Below are positions 42,204-51,865 of a stretch of DNA of 64,000 nucleotides, piece after piece; position 1 is the first letter of the stretch, and each line of letters begins with the position of its first letter. The DNA comes from Verrucomicrobiota bacterium. GTDB taxonomy: Bacteria; Verrucomicrobiota; Verrucomicrobiia; Opitutales; Cerasicoccaceae. Where the stretch lies: the NCBI GenBank assembly GCA_039818205.1, contig JBCBUK010000006.1, positions 64,001 to 128,000 on the forward strand, in the 5' to 3' direction. Below the pieces are notes generated by a model. The model saw nothing but the letters and a program-made list of their open reading frames with translations. It ran no database searches and had not been told where the DNA came from. The position numbers were made by a program, and so were the translations under genes.

Positions 42204-43067
42204 GTGGATGTTATAACCGCAGAAAGCGCCGGCTTTTGCTGGGGAGTAGAACGAGCGATCAATATTGCCCGGAAATACGCCGGTGCCGGTAAACGCTTGG
42301 TCTACACGGATGGCCCATTGATTCACAATCGGCAGATGATGGATGTGCTCGAAGGTGAGGGCATTCGCGAGGTCGGCGACTACCAAAGTAAGGCGAGTAT
42401 CGACGAAGACTGCGCGGATGATGGTATCATGGTCGTTCGGGCGCACGGAATTTCACCTGAGCGCCGGACCTACCTCAAAAATCTTGGTCTTGAGTTTCAC
42501 GATGCGACCTGCCCGGACGTCGGGATTATTGCGGGGAAGATCAAGCTGCATGCGCGCAAGGGATACTCTACGGTTATTTTTGGAGATCCGCGCCACCCCG
42601 AAGTGATTGGCCTCATGGGCTACACTCAGGGACGTGGGTATGTGATCGCCAACGAAGACGATGTCGCGGCCTTGCCGGATCTGGGAGACCAGGTGTGCTT
42701 CGTTTCGCAGTCGACGATGTTTATGGACGAGTTTCGACGCCTGGCCGAAATTTTGCGTGGCCGTTTTCCGGAGACGGAGGTGATCAACACCATCTGCGGT
42801 GCGACTCGTGAACGCCAAACCGACATTCTGTTGCTCAAACAAAAAGGAGCTCAAGCGATTGTCGTTGTCGGTGGCCGTCATTCCGCGAATACCATCAAGC
42901 TTGCCAAACTCGTTGAGCGGCAGGGGCTGCCAGCTTACCATGTGGAAGTACCCGAAGAGTTGGATCTCAATGCACTGGGCCGCTACCAGAAAGTGGGACT
43001 TACGGCCGGGGCATCGACGCCTGAGTTTTTGATCAAAGCGGTCCGCGAAAAGCTGGAAGAAGGCTAA
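42204..43067 (+). CDS. ispH: 4-hydroxy-3-methylbut-2-enyl diphosphate reductase
   Basis: AGFCWGV, LIHN, RAHG, DATCP, HPEV, TICGAT..RQ, SAN, TAGASTP. Confidence 0.97.
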   Translation: MDVITAESAGFCWGVERAINIARKYAGAGKRLVYTDGPLIHNRQMMDVLEGEGIREVGDYQSKASIDEDCADDGIMVVRAHGISPERRTYLKNLGLEFHDATCPDVGIIAGKIKLHARKGYSTVIFGDPRHPEVIGLMGYTQGRGYVIANEDDVAALPDLGDQVCFVSQSTMFMDEFRRLAEILRGRFPETEVINTICGATRERQTDILLLKQKGAQAIVVVGGRHSANTIKLAKLVERQGLPAYHVEVPEELDLNALGRYQKVGLTAGASTPEFLIKAVREKLEEG

Positions 43068-43261
43068 GGCTGTTTCGCCTTGGCTTCCTCAAGCTTTCGA
43101 ATCGGAAGGTTGATTTTACTGGGGTTCTATTGGTGGTGCGTATTCGTCTGGACCAATAGGAATTTAGTGATCTTGTGTTCCGATTGCGCTTCGCAGATTC
43201 AAGGATTAAGAGCTAAACAATGCGGCATTGTTAGTCATTCCTCGATGTGGGTTTCGCTCTT

Positions 43262-43858
43262 TCATCCCGCAGTGCGCATCACGTCCTCGCGCATTTGCTC
43301 GAGCTCGGCTTCCTTGGTCATTAGCTCATGCATGCGCTGAATAATGGTTTCCTCACTTTTGCGGACAAATGCTTCACGCTCTTCGAGCAGGTTGGCTTGT
43401 TCGCGATACTGCTCCGGACTTTCGATCCTGATCGGCGGCCGAGAGTTGCCTGGTTCGACCTTGATTATCTTTGGTTCGGTGAGTTCGATCCGACGCTCGC
43501 GCTCTTCCAAGGCATTCGAAAGCGTGTCTTCGATTTCACTCGCTCCGAATGGTTTGCTGATAAGATCGAAGACACCAGCGCGAAGCGCTTCAAGGGCGAT
43601 TTCATTCTGGGGATCTTGGGTTGCAATAACGCCGACTAGCAAAGGATCTTCGCGGCGTAAGGCACTCAGGCATGCGGTGCCCGAACCTTCGGACATGTGA
43701 AGATCGCAAAGCACTACATCGATATCTCCTTCGGCGTAGCGCGTAATTGCGGTGATGGGGTCTTTAGCGTAGTGGAGGTCCCACTCGCTATCGCTGAAAA
43801 GAATTTTGAGCATCTCAAAAAACTGCGGTTGATCGTCAATAACTAGTATCGTGCTCAT
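43262..43858 (-). CDS. Response regulator receiver with coiled-coil output (no DNA-binding domain)
   Basis: ILVIDD, LCDLHM (phosphoacceptor Asp), KPF. Confidence 0.88.
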   Translation of the reverse strand: MSTILVIDDQPQFFEMLKILFSDSEWDLHYAKDPITAITRYAEGDIDVVLCDLHMSEGSGTACLSALRREDPLLVGVIATQDPQNEIALEALRAGVFDLISKPFGASEIEDTLSNALEERERRIELTEPKIIKVEPGNSRPPIRIESPEQYREQANLLEEREAFVRKSEETIIQRMHELMTKEAELEQMREDVMRTAG

Positions 43859-44122
43859 GGTGGTTTGACATTAGACGAGCCAGATTGAGACCCTTTCCCG
43901 GACCTTGATCCATTCACAAAAATTTTACATTTGAGCGATCACCCCTAAAGCCATCTGATGCGCAGCCAATTGGAGTTGGGCAGTGGGAGTGCGACTTGTC
44001 CCGAGCTCCGCCCGGTGTACATCACGTGATGCGTTGTTCGGCGATCACCTGCCTAGGACATTCGGTCCCGAAGGAAAACCTTGTCACTTGGGCCAAGGTT
44101 TGCAGCTTATTGATCTCTTGCG

Positions 44123-45631
44123 ATGACTGTTTTTCCCTCAGAGAACGAATTCCTGGCTTTGGCGGCTCAGGGCAACTTGGTGCCCGTTCATGCCGACCTG
44201 ACTGCGGACTTCGAAACACCGGTTTCGGTTTACTCGAAACTGCGCGCCAACGCGCCGGCATTTCTCTTTGAATCGATTGTGGGTGGGGAGCATATTTCCC
44301 GCTACAGTTTTGTGGGTTGCCGGCCCCGCCAGATCATCGCCTCTTGGGAAAAGGAAACGACCATCACCCACCAAGACGGGAAATCCGAAACGATCCCGAC
44401 ACCGCACGATCCGCTCACGTTGATCGAGAAGGCGCTTGCGCCTTGGACTCCGGTTTCGGTGCCTGACTTGCCACCCTTCATCGGTGGTGCCGTTGGTTTC
44501 CTGGGCCACGAATGGGTCCACCGCGTTGAGCCCACCGTCCCCCAAGCAGCAGAGAATGTCCTGCATACGCCGCTCATGTGGTTTGCGCTGATGGACACAA
44601 TTGTGGCCTTTGACCACGCGAAGCAAATCATCCGCGTTGTGTCCAATGCTCGGTTGGAAGATGGTGTGGATCCCGTCGAAGCCTACCAAGCCGCCTGCGC
44701 TGAAATTGAGCGTGTGATTGAGCAACTTTCGACCGAGAGCCGCTTAATGCCGATGCCCTTGGTTCCAGTCGATCCGAGCGAGATTCAGGTGCCAGCCGGC
44801 AACTTCACTCGGGAACGGTTTGAAGATGCCGTGGTGCGCACGAAGGAATACATTCGGGCCGGAGACGTCATCCAGGTCGTCGGATCACAGCGATTTGAGG
44901 CGGACTACGATCAGCCGCCGATCGACCTATACCGCGCCCTGCGCTTCGTGAATCCCTCGCCTTACATGTTCTGCCTGGAAACCGGAGACTATTCCGTGGT
45001 CGGCGCCTCGCCAGAGGTCCATGTCCGGAGCACGGCCGGCCGCGTCGAGATTCGCCCGATCGCCGGAACCCGTCCCCGTGGAAAAGACGAGCAGGAAGAC
45101 GCTGAGTTAGAGAAAGATTTGCTTGCGGACGCCAAGGAACGGGCGGAGCACCTCATGTTGGTCGACTTGGCTCGCAACGATATTGGCCGCGTATGCGAAA
45201 CGGGTACCGTTCGCGTTGAGGATTATGCGATCATCGAGCGCTACAGCCACGTGATGCATATCGTATCGCAGGTTGAGGGCGACCTCGCTGCTGACAAGAC
45301 GCCCTTTGATCTCATGCGGGCGACGTTCCCTGCGGGCACGCTTTCCGGTGCGCCCAAGGTGCGTGCCATGCAGATCATCTCGGAGCTCGAAGGACAACAG
45401 CGTGGCATCTATGGCGGCGCACTTGGTTACTTCAGCTATGACGGCAACCTCGATAGTTGCATTGCGATTCGTACCGCTCTGCTCAAGGACGGAAAGATTT
45501 ACATCCAGTCCGGCGCTGGTTTGGTTGCTGACTCCGTCCCGGCCAGCGAGTATGAAGAGACGATCAACAAGGCGAAGGGGATGCTCAAGGCGGTGGCCTT
45601 ATCTCGACATCTTTACCAACCGACCGTTTAG
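44123..45631 (+). CDS. trpE: Anthranilate synthase component I
   Basis: NPSPYM, ASPE, PIAGTRPRG, EHLMLVDLARND, GTLSGAPK, IAIRT. Confidence 0.95.
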   Translation: MTVFPSENEFLALAAQGNLVPVHADLTADFETPVSVYSKLRANAPAFLFESIVGGEHISRYSFVGCRPRQIIASWEKETTITHQDGKSETIPTPHDPLTLIEKALAPWTPVSVPDLPPFIGGAVGFLGHEWVHRVEPTVPQAAENVLHTPLMWFALMDTIVAFDHAKQIIRVVSNARLEDGVDPVEAYQAACAEIERVIEQLSTESRLMPMPLVPVDPSEIQVPAGNFTRERFEDAVVRTKEYIRAGDVIQVVGSQRFEADYDQPPIDLYRALRFVNPSPYMFCLETGDYSVVGASPEVHVRSTAGRVEIRPIAGTRPRGKDEQEDAELEKDLLADAKERAEHLMLVDLARNDIGRVCETGTVRVEDYAIIERYSHVMHIVSQVEGDLAADKTPFDLMRATFPAGTLSGAPKVRAMQIISELEGQQRGIYGGALGYFSYDGNLDSCIAIRTALLKDGKIYIQSGAGLVADSVPASEYEETINKAKGMLKAVALSRHLYQPTV

Positions 45632-45794
45632 AAGCTCTCCTGAATGCGTCGATCTTCCTGGGGATATTCGCTTATTTTAGCAGGAGATTCGTCTGAATTC
45701 CTTCAATTTAGCGCACAATGGTCGATTTCTTTTGTCAGGTTCCTTGCGAATCGTTGACTATTGACTTATAAATAGTGGTCGAAAGGCCGCTACC

Positions 45795-46841
45795 ATGATT
45801 ATTATGTCGAAAAGCAAACCACCTGCATCCGACGGAATTGCCGTCCCCCGCGACGGCGAGGGGCCATTTGTGGTTGGGCGCAAAGCCGCAGGTGGGCAGG
45901 AGCCCGAAACCTTCGAAGAGCTCCCGAATTCGGAAAAGTCGCCCCTGCAACTTTATCTGCAGGAGATTGGCAAGACTCCGCTCCTCAAGCCAGCGGAGGA
46001 GGTTTCACTGGCTCGCCGGATTATGAAGGGCGATGAAGCCGCCCGCCAGAAGATGATCCAGAGCAATCTGCGCCTGGTTGTGAAGATTGCTTACGACTAC
46101 TCAAATTTCGGGCTGCCACTCCTCGATTTGATCAGCGAAGGCAATATTGGTTTGATCAAGGCTGTAGAGCGCTTTGATCCAGACAAGGGCGGTAAGTTGT
46201 CCACTTATGCCGCTTGGTGGATCAAGCAGTCGATCAAGCGCGCGTTGGCCAACCAATCCAAGACGATTCGCTTGCCGGTCCACCTCGTGGATAAGATCGC
46301 GAAAATCCGGAAGACTGCGATGCAATTGCAAGAGGAGCTTGAGCGCGAGCCGACCGACGAAGAGATCGGCCTCGTTCTGGAGATGTCGCCGAGTAAAGTC
46401 GCCCATTTGAAATCCGTCAGTGTGCGTCCGAGCAGCTTGGATGCGCCCGTGGGTGATGACGAGTCAACTCAGCTCGGTGAGCTGGTGGGTGACGAGAATG
46501 CGATGACACCCTATCAGACCTTGAGCGGCAAGTCGCTCATGACGGACATCAACGATATGATTGATGCCCTAGATGAGCGCGAAGCGGAGATCGTTCGCCT
46601 GCGGTTCGGACTGAAAGGTGATCGTCCAATGACTTTGGAAGAAGTTGGAGCGGAGTTCGACGTGACTCGTGAGCGTGTTCGCCAGCTTCAAAATATGGCA
46701 TTGCAAAAGATGCGTCGGGCCATGATGGACCGCGAGCGCCAGCGCAATGCCGAAGAGGTCAAAGAGGAAACGATTGCCCGTAAGCGTCAGGAAGTCTTCG
46801 AGGAGTTCTTCAACAACGTTGAAAACAAGCCGGAGACCTAG
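45795..46841 (+). CDS. RNA polymerase sigma-70 factor, RpoD/SigA family lacking region 1.1
   Basis: LYLQEIG, NLRLVV, DLISEGNIGL, STYAAWWIKQ, TLEEVG..TRERVRQ. Confidence 0.93.
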   Translation: MIIMSKSKPPASDGIAVPRDGEGPFVVGRKAAGGQEPETFEELPNSEKSPLQLYLQEIGKTPLLKPAEEVSLARRIMKGDEAARQKMIQSNLRLVVKIAYDYSNFGLPLLDLISEGNIGLIKAVERFDPDKGGKLSTYAAWWIKQSIKRALANQSKTIRLPVHLVDKIAKIRKTAMQLQEELEREPTDEEIGLVLEMSPSKVAHLKSVSVRPSSLDAPVGDDESTQLGELVGDENAMTPYQTLSGKSLMTDINDMIDALDEREAEIVRLRFGLKGDRPMTLEEVGAEFDVTRERVRQLQNMALQKMRRAMMDRERQRNAEEVKEETIARKRQEVFEEFFNNVENKPET

Positions 46842-46859
46842 TTCCTTGGGCTTGATCGG

Positions 46860-47771
46860 CTAACGAGTGAGTTCCTGGTTTTTCTGATCGAAGACCCGCT
46901 TCACGGTTGCCTGGAACTCTTTCGCGGCGCGGGTGACGGGGAAATCGGGTAAGGATGCGAACGCGATCTCGCGGTTTGGTGAGGAATCCCGAATGGCGAT
47001 GGCGCGCAGGCTGTCTTCTGATCGATGATTGTCGAGCGCCATGGCAGGCAGGAGGGAAATGCCAGCGCCAGCGCGGATGAGTTCTTTAAGGGTTTCCACT
47101 TGGGCGCTCATGAAGCGGACACGCGGGCGGAAATCGGACATTTGGCAAAAGCGGACAACTTGTTCCGTCAGGCAGTGGCCGTCTCGCATCAGGATAAAGT
47201 CTTCTTGTCGGAGCTCATCGAGGCGGGGCAAACTGCCGTTTAAAACCTCGCTGCCGTCTTTAGCGACGAGATAGAGGGGCTCCGTGCCAAGCGAATCCAA
47301 GCGCCAGGGTCCTCCTGGAAGCGGCGGGCTAATCAAGGCGAAATCCAGTTCGTTGACCTCCAGGAGGTTGAGCAACTGGTCGGTATTTGCCTCGTGAACA
47401 ATGAGTTCAACATCCGCATGCTGCTCATGGAATTTGAGCAATGCCTCGGGAATCAGGAAGGGGGCAATCGTTGGAATGGCTCCCATGCGGACCGTTCCGC
47501 AAATACCCTCCTGGCGTTCGCGAATTTCTTCGGTGGCAGTTTGGGCCTCGGCGAGGATGCGGTTGGCGCGTTTCAGCAGGAGTTCTCCGGCGGGGGTTAG
47601 GCGGGATTTTCCTCCGGAAAGGCGGAGAATGATCTTTTCTCCAAGTTCTTCTTCAAGTTTCCTAATTTGTTGGGAAAGAGACGGTTGAGCTACTCGGCAC
47701 TGCTCCGCTGCTCGGGTGAAATTACCGGTCCGAGCGACCGCAACGAAGTAGCGCAGCTGATGCATTTCCAT
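46860..47771 (-). CDS. oxyR: Hydrogen peroxide-sensing LysR regulator
   Basis: LysR HTH; DGHCLTEQVVRFC matches the two-Cys OxyR motif; divergent from ahpC. Confidence 0.88.
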   Translation of the reverse strand: MEMHQLRYFVAVARTGNFTRAAEQCRVAQPSLSQQIRKLEEELGEKIILRLSGGKSRLTPAGELLLKRANRILAEAQTATEEIRERQEGICGTVRMGAIPTIAPFLIPEALLKFHEQHADVELIVHEANTDQLLNLLEVNELDFALISPPLPGGPWRLDSLGTEPLYLVAKDGSEVLNGSLPRLDELRQEDFILMRDGHCLTEQVVRFCQMSDFRPRVRFMSAQVETLKELIRAGAGISLLPAMALDNHRSEDSLRAIAIRDSSPNREIAFASLPDFPVTRAAKEFQATVKRVFDQKNQELTR

Positions 47772-47798
47772 GATCGGAAGGCTAGCGAGGATTCTCCC

Positions 47799-47835
47799 AT
47801 AGGCAAATCCTATTGGAAGAATAGGAAATTGATAT
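47799..47835. promoter_or_regulatory. OxyR binding site
   Basis: ATAG-N7-CTAT-N7-ATAG-N7-ATAT. Confidence 0.85.
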
Positions 47836-47939
47836 TTTACGAATAGGACGGTTGCCCGTATAAGTATCGCCGTTTCCAATTTCTGGCGCATTTAAAAGGG
47901 GTGCGTCGCCACTCAGAACAGCTATTAACTAAATAAATC

Positions 47940-48569
47940 ATGGCAGTATTAGTCGGACAAAAGGCTCCAAATTTCAACGCACAGGCTGTGGTCAATGGTC
48001 AGATCGTCGGCGATTTCTCGCTCGATCAATACCTTGGCAACAAATACGTCGTCCTTTACTTCTATCCAAAGGATTTCACTTTCGTTTGCCCAACCGAGAT
48101 CATTGCTTTCCAAGAAGCATTGGCTGAGTTCGAGAGCCGCAACACTGCGGTTATCGGTTGCTCGACCGATACCGAGTTTTCGCACTGGGCATGGGTTAAC
48201 ACGCCACGTAGCCAGGGCGGTATCGAAGGCGTAAAGTATCCATTGGTTGCCGACACCAACAAGACCATCGCGTCAGCTTACGACGTGCTCGCTGGTTCTT
48301 ACGATGTCGACATCGAAGGCAACCTCGTTGCGTCGGGTGAGTTGATTGCTTACCGCGGTCTCTTCCTCATCGACAAGGAAGGTGTTGTTCGCCACCAGAT
48401 CGTGAACGATTTGCCACTTGGTCGTTCGATCAAGGAAGCTATCCGCATGGTGGATGCGCTCCAGCATTTTGAGCAGCATGGTGAAGTTTGCCCAATGAAT
48501 TGGCAGAAGGGCGAGGAAGCCATGACACCGTCTCATGAAGGCGTTGCTTCTTTCCTTGGTAAGGAATAA
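47940..48569 (+). CDS. ahpC: 2-Cys peroxiredoxin
   Basis: YPKDFTFVCPTE, GEVCPMNW. Confidence 0.95.
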   Translation: MAVLVGQKAPNFNAQAVVNGQIVGDFSLDQYLGNKYVVLYFYPKDFTFVCPTEIIAFQEALAEFESRNTAVIGCSTDTEFSHWAWVNTPRSQGGIEGVKYPLVADTNKTIASAYDVLAGSYDVDIEGNLVASGELIAYRGLFLIDKEGVVRHQIVNDLPLGRSIKEAIRMVDALQHFEQHGEVCPMNWQKGEEAMTPSHEGVASFLGKE

Positions 48570-48584
48570 GTTTTAACTGTGACT

Positions 48585-48620
48585 AAATAGGGGTGCGGTT
48601 TTTCCCGCGCCCCTGTTTGT
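48585..48620 (+). terminator. Intrinsic terminator after ahpC
   Basis: AAATAGGGGTGCGG-loop-CCGCGCCCCTGTTTGT. Confidence 0.7.
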
Positions 48621-48695
48621 CCCTTCGTAGATTAATCCTCTTTAGTCTGCGCTAGCTTGTTGCATTTCGACACGTAACGACCACAATCAACATAT

Positions 48696-49646
48696 ATGGA
48701 AAACGTAATCATTCTTGGAACCGGATGCGCGGGGCTGACCGCTGCCATCTATACTGGGCGCGCAAATCTGCAGCCTCTGGTTCTCGAAGGCACCCAACCA
48801 GGCGGCCAGCTGACCACTACCTCTGAAGTTGAAAATTTTCCGGGTTTCCCTGAAGGCATCGATGGCTTCATGCTCATGGATAACATGCGCAAGCAAGCAA
48901 CTCGCTTTGGCACCCGTTTCGCTAGCGACCGCATTGAAAAGCTCGAAGTCGAAGGTGGCATCAAGCGCCTGATCGCTGAAAGCGGCAAGGTCTATGAGGC
49001 CCGTGCGGTTATCATCGCAACGGGCGCGCGTCCACGCTTACTCGACATCCCAGGTGAGAAGGAGATGTGGGGCGGTAAGGGCGTGACGACTTGTGCAACT
49101 TGCGATGGTGCCTTCTACCGCAACATGGATGTTGTCGTGGTCGGCGGTGGTGACACGGCTTGCGAAGAGGCTTTGTTCCTGACTCGTTTCTGCTCGAAGG
49201 TCACGCTGCTCCATCGTCGTGATGAACTGCGTGCCTCCAAGATTATGGCCGAGCGCACGATTGCCCATGAGAAGATCGATGTTGTCTGGAATACGGTTCC
49301 CGAGGAAGTCATCGCGGGTGACGACGGCTTGATGCGTGCCGTGCGCGTTAAGAATGTTGAGTCTGGCGAAGTCAGTGAGATTGAAGCCAAGGGATTCTTT
49401 ATTGCGATCGGGCACATTCCAAATACGCAGTTTGTCGACGGGCTTTTGAAACTCGACGACGGTGGCTACATTGTCTCCGAGCACGAGAGTGGTGTTCACA
49501 CTGGGATCGACGGCCTCTATGTCGCTGGTGATTGCTCGGACCATGTATACCGTCAAGCGATCACGGCTGCGGGTATGGGTTGCCGCGCTGCGATTGACGC
49601 CGAGCGTTGGCTCGCGGAGCAGCCTGAACTTGCTACCGCCGAGTAG
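48696..49646 (+). CDS. trxB: Thioredoxin-disulfide reductase
   Basis: GGQL, VENFPG, CATCDG, GGGDTA, HRRD, AGD, QAITAAG. Confidence 0.96.
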   Translation: MENVIILGTGCAGLTAAIYTGRANLQPLVLEGTQPGGQLTTTSEVENFPGFPEGIDGFMLMDNMRKQATRFGTRFASDRIEKLEVEGGIKRLIAESGKVYEARAVIIATGARPRLLDIPGEKEMWGGKGVTTCATCDGAFYRNMDVVVVGGGDTACEEALFLTRFCSKVTLLHRRDELRASKIMAERTIAHEKIDVVWNTVPEEVIAGDDGLMRAVRVKNVESGEVSEIEAKGFFIAIGHIPNTQFVDGLLKLDDGGYIVSEHESGVHTGIDGLYVAGDCSDHVYRQAITAAGMGCRAAIDAERWLAEQPELATAE

Positions 49647-49669
49647 GCCCTCAGGTATATCAATTTTCC

Positions 49670-49701
49670 AAAAGCACCGGTCATCATGGCCGGTGTTTTT
49701 T
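49670..49701. terminator. Intrinsic (probably bidirectional) terminator
   Basis: AAAAGCACCGGTCA-TCA-TGGCCGGTGTTTTTT. Confidence 0.85.
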
Positions 49702-49771
49702 AGTATATCGAATCGGCTTCAAATGCGCGGCAATCAATAAATTATTAATGGATACGGGATAACTCGCTCGC

Positions 49772-50161
49772 TCAGAACGGCTGGCCAGTCTCCAGATAAT
49801 AGATCATGCGCCAAATTCGATCGACGTGCCCACGCTCGATGACCTGTAGGGGGGTTGAGCCCTCGAAGGCATCGTTGGGATCTTTGAGCCATGTGCCGAC
49901 GTAATTGGGCTCCATGTGTTCGCTGAGCGCCGCAAACAAACGAATCAACTCGCGGACCTGCTTCATGGCGGCATTGCTGGTCACGCCATCTTTTTTCCAA
50001 GTCGCTACCGTTCGTGGTGAATAACCGGTAAGGCGCGTCAAATCCGGTTGGATAATTGAATAGCGCTCGCAGAGATCGCCAATGCTGACTCGCGGGCTCG
50101 TCGGTGGAACGAGATCGAGCCGCTTAGCGCTCTTCTTGGTTATCACTTTTTTCTTACTCAT
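49772..50161 (-). CDS. Xre/MbcA/ParS-type antitoxin
   Basis: HTH-like LTRLTGYSPRTVATW; WLKDPNDAFEGSTPLQVI. Confidence 0.85.
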   Translation of the reverse strand: MSKKKVITKKSAKRLDLVPPTSPRVSIGDLCERYSIIQPDLTRLTGYSPRTVATWKKDGVTSNAAMKQVRELIRLFAALSEHMEPNYVGTWLKDPNDAFEGSTPLQVIERGHVDRIWRMIYYLETGQPF

Positions 50162-50235
50162 GACGCACCTGCTTGCTGGGTGATAAGCAAACGTAGTGGA
50201 TTTAACGCATGTAAGTCAACATGCAAATTTGCAGG

Positions 50236-50832
50236 TCAACCGTTGAGCCAATCCTTGAGTTCATCTTCGCCGGAGATGACGACGGCATCCGGACGCTTTA
50301 AGTTTTCGGGGAACCAAACAATATTGCGTCCACGATTGTCTCGGGCTGATGGAATGATGAGGCCTTCGAACTTCAAATCAAAACAAGCGCGTCCGATGGC
50401 TTGCGAGAGTGCCTCGCTGCCCATCTTGTTCGTCGCTTCCCAGTCCTCGCTCATCATCTCGTCGATGCTGGGAAGTCGTCCGCTGCCATCGAGGGGTTGG
50501 AGGTCGAGGCAACGGTCTAACTTCAACGTTAGCTCGACCAAGACGCGAGGTGAGCTGATGGGCTTTTTGATGCCGAAACGCCCGTAGGTTTGCTTGGCTT
50601 CCTTCAGGGCGAGGAAATCGGTGGTAGCTGCATAGCTGGCCGCAGTGTGCGCTTGGCGCATCCAGCGACTGCCAAAGCGCCGACTGCCTTCTCCAGATAT
50701 CAGGTGCTGAGGGCGCGCCCACCTAAGGCTGACACAGCGATAGGCTCGGTCATGCCAGCTCGTCATCAGCGAAGCGGATTCCGCGCTGATCGCACTTTTT
50801 AACGCCTGATATCTGGGATGGTTAGAAATCAT
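50236..50832 (-). CDS. RES domain toxin (putative NAD+ phosphorylase)
   Basis: AYRCV (R), SGEGS...GSRW, ALKE (E), SQAIG, IIPSAR (S), NIVWFP. Confidence 0.87.
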   Translation of the reverse strand: MISNHPRYQALKSAISAESASLMTSWHDRAYRCVSLRWARPQHLISGEGSRRFGSRWMRQAHTAASYAATTDFLALKEAKQTYGRFGIKKPISSPRVLVELTLKLDRCLDLQPLDGSGRLPSIDEMMSEDWEATNKMGSEALSQAIGRACFDLKFEGLIIPSARDNRGRNIVWFPENLKRPDAVVISGEDELKDWLNG

Positions 50833-50902
50833 TAAGAGGGCTTTTACGGCGCTCGGAGCTGTTGGTCAATGTGACTCTTATCAACCCGAGCGGCCGCAAA
50901 GC

Positions 50903-51604
50903 TTATCCTCCGTACTTCAATCGGACCATATCCTGAAATTGTCTTAATGTCTCTTCGTGTTGGACTCCGGAGAAGTCTAATCCGGTAAGGTAAAAATAGG
51001 TGCCGAAATACATCAGTGCCACCATCACGACGATGCCCCAGGCTTTTCGGAAATCGACTGCGTAATAAATAAACGATCCGATGGGGCCTCCGAGCAGGGT
51101 GACGAGGCACCAAGCCCAGTGCTTTTGAAACGAACGCACGAGGGTTCCGACACCTGCCGTTATGCCGCAGCCAAAAAAGAGGATGATTGCGGTAAAGAAA
51201 AAGCGATCGGCCATCTGCATGAACCACATCAGGCCAGTGATCGCAGCCAGACCCGCTAGGATATACATCTCGAAGGGCAGTGCTGGCAGGGTTATGCCCA
51301 GCGCTTTCCGCTTCCTCGTTTCGCGCTCAATTTTGTTGGCGATGTGGGGCGGACGCGTCCGGCGAACAACGACTGGGCGTGGACGCACGTTTTCAAACTC
51401 AGGAACGGCTTTGGCTTCTTGCCATGCATCCATGCCGTCGTACCAAATTTTTGTCTCCGGTTGGATGGTTCCCGTGCGAATGTGCAGGGCGAGTTCTGTT
51501 CCTGGAATTGGACCGTAGTTACGGCCTTCGAGCAGGTAGTACCAAATGCGCGCTTTCATGTCCGCAATTTGGTGCGGTGGAGAGATAGCTGATGTTTTCA
51601 TCAT
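50903..51604 (-). CDS. GYF_2 (DUF4339) domain membrane protein
   Basis: WYY...YGP...L...G.I..ET.IW.DGM.AW; C-terminal TM helices. Confidence 0.8.
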   Translation of the reverse strand: MMKTSAISPPHQIADMKARIWYYLLEGRNYGPIPGTELALHIRTGTIQPETKIWYDGMDAWQEAKAVPEFENVRPRPVVVRRTRPPHIANKIERETRKRKALGITLPALPFEMYILAGLAAITGLMWFMQMADRFFFTAIILFFGCGITAGVGTLVRSFQKHWAWCLVTLLGGPIGSFIYYAVDFRKAWGIVVMVALMYFGTYFYLTGLDFSGVQHEETLRQFQDMVRLKYGG

Positions 51605-51865
51605 TCGATTGGTTAGGATTCGTGGGAGAATTTCTGATCATTACTTTCGCTGTCCTATTGCCGTCCAAACGGGTATGCTCTTTCAATCGTTGGGAGCAAC
51701 AATTCTGGAAATGCGACTGCGGCGAACCTATCTAGTCGCACGTTGGCCGAGGGCCATTGATGCGATGTATCAATCTATCGCTTAGGATATATATCACACA
51801 CTAACCGGGTCGAAGGTCAATACTGACCACGGTTAATAACCTGTAAATCGTTGGCTATAAGGGCC

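Noticed and set aside
43859..44122. Trp attenuator upstream of trpE
   Set aside because: The TGG-AGT-TGG codons have no in-frame start (stop just upstream), and the short ATG ORF has no Trp
47772..47891. N-terminal extension of OxyR in the ORF track
   Set aside because: Overlaps the OxyR operator/promoter; the LysR HTH begins at MEMHQL
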